From Carpediemonas membranifera BICM (Eukaryota > Protista > Fornicata), in contig JAHDYR010000002.1 in assembly GCA_019828565.1 (NCBI GenBank), positions 1 through 64,000 on the forward strand: 64,000 bases of DNA, read 5' to 3'. This document shows positions 57,163 to 64,000 of the stretch, piece after piece (within the stretch, counting starts at the first letter, position 1; each line of letters opens with the position of its first letter). The position numbers and the translations under genes are program-made. Below the pieces are notes generated by a model. The model was given only the letters and a program-made list of their open reading frames with translations. It made no database searches and was not told the origin of the DNA.

Positions 57163-58552
57163 GGCCACCGATAGTGTCCATTGCTACCTTCATGAACGGC
57201 CTGAGTCCGGATGTATGTAAGTATGGCCTGGCGGCTTCAGCTGGTTTTGCTGTGAGTTGACATACCGGACATCTGTCGATCACCCTCGCCACCTGATCCA
57301 CGGGCGCCCTCTTGCCATGTGTCCTCAAGAATTGTATCGTGGTATGCAGTGGCAGGTGAGCTTGCCTCAGCTATCTCCGTCAGACGCCACTGGCAACCGA
57401 TCTGCCGATGCCGCAAACACGCGACTGAGACCATCGGCTGCACTATTATCCACTCCGGCCACATGTTTGATCGTGAAATCAAGATCAGATATTGATTCGT
57501 ACCACCGTTGAACCTTGGAGTTGGAAGAACGCGACATAAACACAAGATTGCGATGATCAGTCAGCAATGTGAATGGTGTCCAACACAAGAACCTGCGCCA
57601 CCTCTGCAACGCGGAAATGATTGCATACGCCTCCTGTGCTCCATCTCGTCTGCACATCGTTGAAAGACTTGGACATGTATGACCGACACAGCAGATCTTT
57701 GACCTGCGCCAAAGCCTCGACCTGATCGCTGCCGTCGGGAGGCGGCTTGAGCTAAAGGGTGCACGATCCTCGAAAAACCTGGCACAAAATCTCTCATGAA
57801 GTTCAAGAATCCCATTAGGGCTTGAGCGGCCTTCTTCGTCTTCGGGACACGCAGCGTCTCAACATCCCGAATGCGGTCTGGCGCAATTCTAAATCCTGTA
57901 CCCGACACCACCCAGCCTAAGAACTCGACTTCTGCGAGTCCAGTGTGACTTCTCCTTGTTGAGGCTGAGTTTCAACTCTTCGGCCCTCGCCAACACCTTG
58001 TTCAAGTTGGACAAATACTCTTGCTCTGTGCGGCCGAAAATTATAATGTCGTCAATATATATGATACACGCGGTACCAAGTAGATCGTGGAATCCCCGTT
58101 CAATTGCAAACTGGAAATGCGCCCCAGCGTTTTTCAATCCAAACGGCATGCCCGTATACTGGAACTTGCCTGGACTGGAACGCAGTGTATTGTCTCGACA
58201 TTTCGGACAACTTGACTTGATGATAACCCTTCGAAAGGTCAATCGTGGCGAAGATCTTAGCTCCTGCCAACCGTGCGAGGCACGCTTGAACCTCTGGGAT
58301 CGGGTAATCAAACGGCTCAGTAAGGTCGTTGATCCTTCTGAAATCGACAACCTTACGAGTTCTGTCTCGACCCTTCGGCACCGGAGAGAAACTAGCCTCA
58401 ATAAACTTCTTCACCAGCCTCTCCTTGTCCTCAGTCATTGTAAGTAACGTTACTGTGGGTTCGTGAGAACAAAGCTTTACAAAGAATAGACGACACCCAT
58501 GTGTCGAGCTGGACGACTCAAAACTATTAAATACTTTATTGATGAACCAACA
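57163..58552 (-). mobile_element. Internally deleted derivative of element B, copy 2
   Basis: LTR 58454-58552, palindrome 58444-58453. Confidence 0.9.
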
Positions 58553-58628
58553 CCTCCATTGATCCCAGGAGTGCCCCGCCCCCTCCCAGTCTCCGGTTCC
58601 TGGTCTCTGTTCCGCCTCTGTGCTGTTG

Positions 58629-60914
58629 AACATTCTATCATCACCGTTTTGCTCCGAGGATGATCGAGAGTGGGCCCCATAAATGGGAAATGGAATTGCG
58701 GGCAGTGGGAGGCAGGAGAGCTGAAGCATGGCGATTCGCTTGGCTTGGGCTGGAGGGAGTCTGGTACTCCTGTCGTACCGGGTAGTTCGTGCAAGTGGGG
58801 GCGGCAAGGGAGAGACCCCGTGTGACCATCGCAACTGTGTTTCCTTGGGCAATGGAGTCGTAAGACAGCTGCGCCGCTCGAGTACGAATGAGCTGGTGAT
58901 TGGCTGCGTATGGGCCGAGCTCGGCACCTGCATCGGCTGAGGGAGTGAATTCCACCGTAAGCGCTGCCTGGCCTTGTCCGCCAAGAGCATGGCCGAGGGG
59001 TGCACCCAAGTTCCAAATATTTTGCTTGAGATGCTGTGCTGTTGACTCTGAGCGCTAGTGAGGCCAGGTGGCTTATACATGATAGGGACTTGCTGTCCGC
59101 CCTGTTGCTGACGCGCTTACAGTTGCTGACGCGTAAGTGAGTTTTGGGACCATGTACGAAGCGGGAGTGGCGTATCCCGATGGCTTTGAGCCAAGTGATC
59201 TCCTTCTCGTAGGCCTTGGCGTTGTGCGTCTCGAAGGTGTCGACCACACACGTTTGATGGCCGGTTTCTTCTCGATAAGATGACCTCTGATAGACTCGGT
59301 GCGTCTGCGATGAAACATGTCTTGTGATTTGGCTGCAGCTCCTCCATCACTAGCCAGGCTGCTGTGAGGGCTCGTGTGAGAAGATCAAGATTTGGCGATG
59401 TCGTCCATGTATACTGAGACTGTGGTAAACTGGGGCGATGTCAGTCACGTGCCAGCTGCACCAGGTCATCATAGTCCGGAGCTAGCGAGTCTAAGTAGTC
59501 CCGGTCGAGAGAGCTCAGGGCCCTGAGCCATGGTACATCTGCGAGGTATTGGACAAAGAGGAACGGCGCCGTGGTGCAGCCTTGGCGGACGCCGAGATTC
59601 GTGCTTGCAAATGTGGTGAGATATGTGGTGTTGGAGTGCATTTCTCTGAGGAGTTCAATGAGCCGCGCGTGTCCTTGGAGGTAAGGTAAGGTAAGGTAAG
59701 GTCATTCGGGAAACCAATTGCTTGGATCTCTGCCTGCATCGAAGCTTAGGTTTGTCACACTTTCGGTTACGCAGATGTGCCGCCCCTCCTCTCACGGCGA
59801 TTCTGCAGGCAGGGTTTGCTGTGAGCCGGCGACGTTGTTCTTACACAGCTGCCTCACCCGAAAGCCCCTTGGTAATGCGCCTGTCTGTGCCGCGTGAGCA
59901 TCGGCTCACGTTCTTTCTTTTTTCCCCACTGGGTTTTTTTGGCCCTCCGCGCGAGGACTAGCTTTCAAGGGGGTGGCTGATGTAAGTCGTCAATGTGGCG
60001 AACGCAACTGTTCTTGAGACCACCCATTTGGGGGCCTGATCAGCCCGCCTGTTCGTCCCGGGTTGCGGCCGGTAAGGTAAGGTAAGGTAAGGTAGGCGTG
60101 GCCCGTCCCCAAGGGGATGGAGGCCTGGCACCGTATCTAAATCAATAAACTCAAACTCGTAAACGTGGGTGCGGAAAATGTAGTTGAGCTCTGCAGATCC
60201 TGAGCATTCTGAAGGCGCGTAGTCTCGCCGCGTGGGCTCATACGCTTGCTGAATGGCGGCCGCTAGAGCCTCGATGCGTGTCTTCCACTCATTGAACCTA
60301 CCTCTGAGACACTCGTTGTATGCGCCCAGGAGCGTGTGCTCTCGGACTGTGTCCTTCAAGGTGACGTCTCCACTCCCACAGTCAATGATCTCTCGACTGT
60401 CCCCTTACAGATGACCGTGATCTTGATAGGGTTGAGGTGGAGGTTGGCTTTAAGTGCAGCCGATTGCATGGCTGTGATGGCTTGTTCCGCTTCTTAGTGT
60501 GGACAAAGATAACAACATCGAGTATGCCCGCAGGGTGTCTGCGTGTCCAGCGAGACTAGGCAGGTCGTGAGGACATATCTCATAGCAAGAGAGAACAACG
60601 GGCCAAGAGAGACCTTTGCTGCGTTCCCTCAACTGACTGGATGGTTGAGGCCGCCTGTTGGGGAAATGCGGGCCGGGCAACTGTACATTGTCCTGAGAGG
60701 GCAGGACAGATGCGTTCGACTGCTTCGCGCACCAGTTAGCGTTTGTGAAATCAAATGTCACCAGGTAGGCGCCCCCTTCATAGCACTGGCGGGCCCACTC
60801 TATGATGCGCTCGCATCCAGCACTCTCGCCCAGACCATACTGGTTTTTCGGTCGGTTACTGTGGGCTTTATCCTTGTTGTTGCGGCGGACCCAAGCAAAC
60901 ACAGCTGAGATCAA
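58629..60914 (-). mobile_element. Degenerate non-LTR retrotransposon remnants (CRE-like RT motifs)
   Basis: NQYGLGESAGCERII..LVTFDFTNA in ORF 60450..60914 and NLGVRQGCTTAPFLF in ORF 59441..59641. Fragmented. Confidence 0.65.
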
Positions 60915-61192
60915 TTATTCCTTGGGGAGCGGTGAAATGAAATGTGCAGATCCCTGGAAGACATCCGGAAGCGTTTTGCGTTTCATTTCCATTTGTCGAG
61001 AACGTAAGCTGAAAGGAGACTACTTCCAGTCGTTCGCTGTTCGGACTCGTGATCATCGCGAGAAAACGGGCTCTCGACAAGGACCGCTCGCTGATTTATA
61101 TCTGACGCTGTGCAGTTGATATCGCGCTGGCATCAACAGAATATTTATAAATTTTTTTATAAATTTTTATTTATAATATTTATACTTCAAAC

Positions 61193-63918
61193 TTACGTCG
61201 AGCTTGGGTCCCCACCAAGCCTCTCAAAAACGTCCTCAAGGCTCGAGTCGCTGATTTCCCAATCCCGCACACCACCACCACTAGATACGACTGACTCCAG
61301 TGCCTGATAGATGGATGACAGCGCCGTGGTCGTCGGGACCCTGAAGGTGAGGATGCCCACAGATCTGAACAGAAGTGCGGCTCCTGGGAGGGCTTGGATG
61401 ACACTGTCTATGGCCCTATCCTCCTGGGCGATGCCGCAGGTTACGCGGACAGAGTATCCAGTCTCAATCTTGGCCTTCAGCTGCGATGGAGTTCCGAGAG
61501 CGACAAGCTGGCCGTGTGCGAGGAAGGCGATGCGGTCGGCGAGGTAGTCGGCCTCAGCCATGGAGTGGGTCGTGATGAGCATCGACCGCTTCTGCTTCAT
61601 GGCGAGCAGGGTCTCCTGAAGCTCCATGGAGGTCGCAATGTCGAGGCCGCTCGTCGGTTCGTCCAGGAGGCAGAGGGCGGGCTCGCCGACAAGGGCCATG
61701 CCGATACCGAGGCGCCGCTGCATGCCACCGGAGAGTGCCTTCGCCGTCTTCTTGCGGTGGGGTAGCAGGTCAAGCTCGGTCAAGATGCTCTTCACCGTCT
61801 TCCTTAGCGTGATCGGGTTGACAACGCCTCTGATGCGAGCAAACAGAGCCAGGTTCTGGGACACCGTGAGGGTCGGGTAGTGGATGTTGCCCTGGGGGCA
61901 CATGCCAACCTCGCCCTCGCAGTGAATCGATACGGAGCCGCCAGACTTGGTCGAGATGCCGGAAAGAATGTTAATGAGTGTCGATTTTCCTATGTAAATG
62001 GAACTGATGATAACGTACCTGCACCGTTGACGCCGAGGAGTACGAGGGCCTCATGGTGCCTGATTTCGAAGCTCACGTGGTCTAGAGCATTCACGGTCAT
62101 GCCGTTTGATGTCCGGAAGATCTTTGTGAGATCATCAATACTGCACAGCGAGTCGCTGCCGGGCGTGCGGATGATGAGGTCGGATGGAGCGGTCTGGGGG
62201 ATCGGCTGCTCGCCGTCAATGAGGGCCTCGATGTCGTCATCGGCCTGCCGTCTTCTGAGGCTGGTGATGGCACCGACGAGAACGCCGATAGAGCCCTTGA
62301 GGACCTTGCTGATCGTGAAGGACACCAATCTGATGGCGTCCTGGAGGTGTGACTCGAGCAACACGATCAGGGCGAAGAGGGTGAAGTTGACGACTGTATG
62401 AACGGCAATGAGACCCAGGTCCAGCCAAGGCTCGCTGAATTGCCACGTGGGGAATGCAAACGCATCTCTCATGCTCATACGCCAGGCGATTGCATGGATG
62501 AACCGAGCAATGGTGAGGGGCATGAAGAGGTGCAGCACGACGGGCATCTGGAAGCTGTCAGGGTAAAGGAAGCCGTTGAGAATGAGGATAAGCGGGAACG
62601 CAAAGGCAAGGACGGTGAAGCAGACAGGGTGGACGAACCTGGGGGCCCTTATGATCTGGGAGAGCAGCAGTGTGAAGGAGAAGACGGCTGGGGCCAGAAG
62701 TAAGAAGAATGGGATGAACAGCGGATGCAGGATGCTGAACGTGCAGTATGTCATGACAATGACGGTTATTACCCACAGTGCAATGTACTCTAGCATGAAA
62801 GTGACCGACCGCGACACTGAGTAGACTGTGCGACGGAGTCCGGACTGTCGTAGGAGGGAGACGACGCCGAGCACGCGCTCCTTGACAATGTCTGAGAGCA
62901 CCAGGGGTACAAGCATGAGGAACACGGGCGTGAGGGCTGCTGCCGCGACCTCGCCAACGAAGATGGCGTTCGTCTGGCCATTGACGGTGACGTCCATGTT
63001 GAGGGCCTCGTCAAGGCCATAGGACGCGAACGTAGTGTCATTAAGAAGCCAGTACGGGTAGATCTCGTCCGGCCAGCATGACTCCCGGTCGGATGAGAAG
63101 ACACTACTCGGGATGCTCATGGCATATAGGTGGTTGAGCTGAATCAATGGGACACGGAATGAACTGCCCATGCCGACTGTAGCCATGAACTGGGGCACTG
63201 ATGGAACGTACATGTCAAGCTTCATGCTGGCGATGGCGTCTCCATCAGTGGTGGCCTTGAACTCCTTGATGTCCCAGCCACCGTTCTTGGGCACAGTTGG
63301 GGCGTCGTCGGAGAGATACTGGCCCTCGGTCTCATATTGAAACCAATAGCCCCACCTTCTCATCTCAGACTCGAACTTGCTGTGGTCGGTAGTGACGTTG
63401 AAGGAAGGGACGTTAAGAACCGGGTCGGACAGATACTGTGCAACGCGGAGCTTTCCAAGGAGGCCCGATCGTCCTGCTGTGTCGCCAGTGACTGGGGCAC
63501 TGCCGAGGAGGGCGGCGACCGACTCTGAGGCATGCACTGGAAGGTTGTACGGCCACATCGACGGAGCGTTCATGGCGTCATCAGCGAACTCCACCCACTC
63601 GAAGTATGTGTTATCCATGCCTGTGCGAGTGTCAGTCAGGAGGTCTGGATCGTGCTCGAAGGCCTTAAGGATGGGGCTGCCGATCGACACGGGCGCGAAC
63701 AGAAAGCTGATGCCACGGAACTCCTTTGCAATGAAAACAACGAGGAATGCGATTGCTGGCATCAGGACTAGGTAGCAGATGACGGAGATCTTGCTATGCC
63801 ACATGAGGAGCAGGTCCTTGATGATCAGCGCGATAACCTGGCTGCAATACACGTGAATCTCATGTAATATGCGTTGTAGACCGCTTGGACGAACGGTCTT
63901 TTGCTCTGTGGCGTCCAT
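61193..63918 (-). CDS. ABCA-family half transporter with a 29-nt intron (61990-62018)
   Basis: TMD with a large extracellular loop. Splicing restores Walker A GVNGAGKST. Signature LSGGMQRRL, Walker B LLDEPTSGLD, TTHSM and C-terminal SLEDVF. Confidence 0.92.
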
Positions 63919-64000
63919 CTGGGTTGCAGGCCTCGCCAATCTCACGACCTCAACTTCGAGATCCAGTCGAGGTGTGATCACTCTCTAGAGAAGGGTGGTG

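Larger units (their letters stand above)
50717..58628. repeat. Tandem duplication of a ~3.9-kb composite unit (50717-54661, 54662-58555, partial third to 58628)
   Basis: Near-identical units that differ by the 57-bp insertion and a 12-bp indel. Confidence 0.95.

Noticed and set aside
62237-63775. Short ORFs overlapping ABCA, and similar shadow ORFs over pol genes
   Set aside because: Antisense or off-frame shadows of GC-rich coding sequence.

Overview
Eukaryotic, compact-protist-like DNA: it has 29-32 nt GT..AG introns and one clear host gene, an ABCA half-transporter, at the right end. A free-living fornicate/metamonad is my guess only. The first ~61 kb is a nest of mobile DNA. (1) There are two diverged copies of a three-gene module: a ~870-aa RAG1/Transib-like DDE protein, an RCC1-like beta-propeller protein and a double-PHD-finger protein (4.5-10.1 kb and 43-48.8 kb). 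(2) A family of large DNA-transposon ends share the terminal 8-mer CATACTGT. Each end type carries a different odd-length palindrome, centred at nearly the same distances from the end (23, 44-45, 68-70 bp). One complete 9.2-kb element (32646-41844) has 74-bp TIRs and a 2-bp TSD. Cargo in and near these elements includes SET, HEPN-like, kinase-like and degenerate tyrosine-recombinase-like genes. (3) At least five Ty3/gypsy families (called A-E here) are nested in each other. They have very short LTRs (50-231 bp), and B and C show 4-bp TSDs. Every 5' LTR seen is followed by a perfect 10-12 bp palindrome where a tRNA primer-binding site should be. (4) Also present: an IS630/Tc1-like transposase, a degenerate non-LTR retrotransposon, a SINE-like insert, satellites and a ~3.9-kb tandem duplication. 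Many frameshifts sit in homopolymers and may be consensus errors. All protein assignments come from motif inspection by eye; no database search was run.
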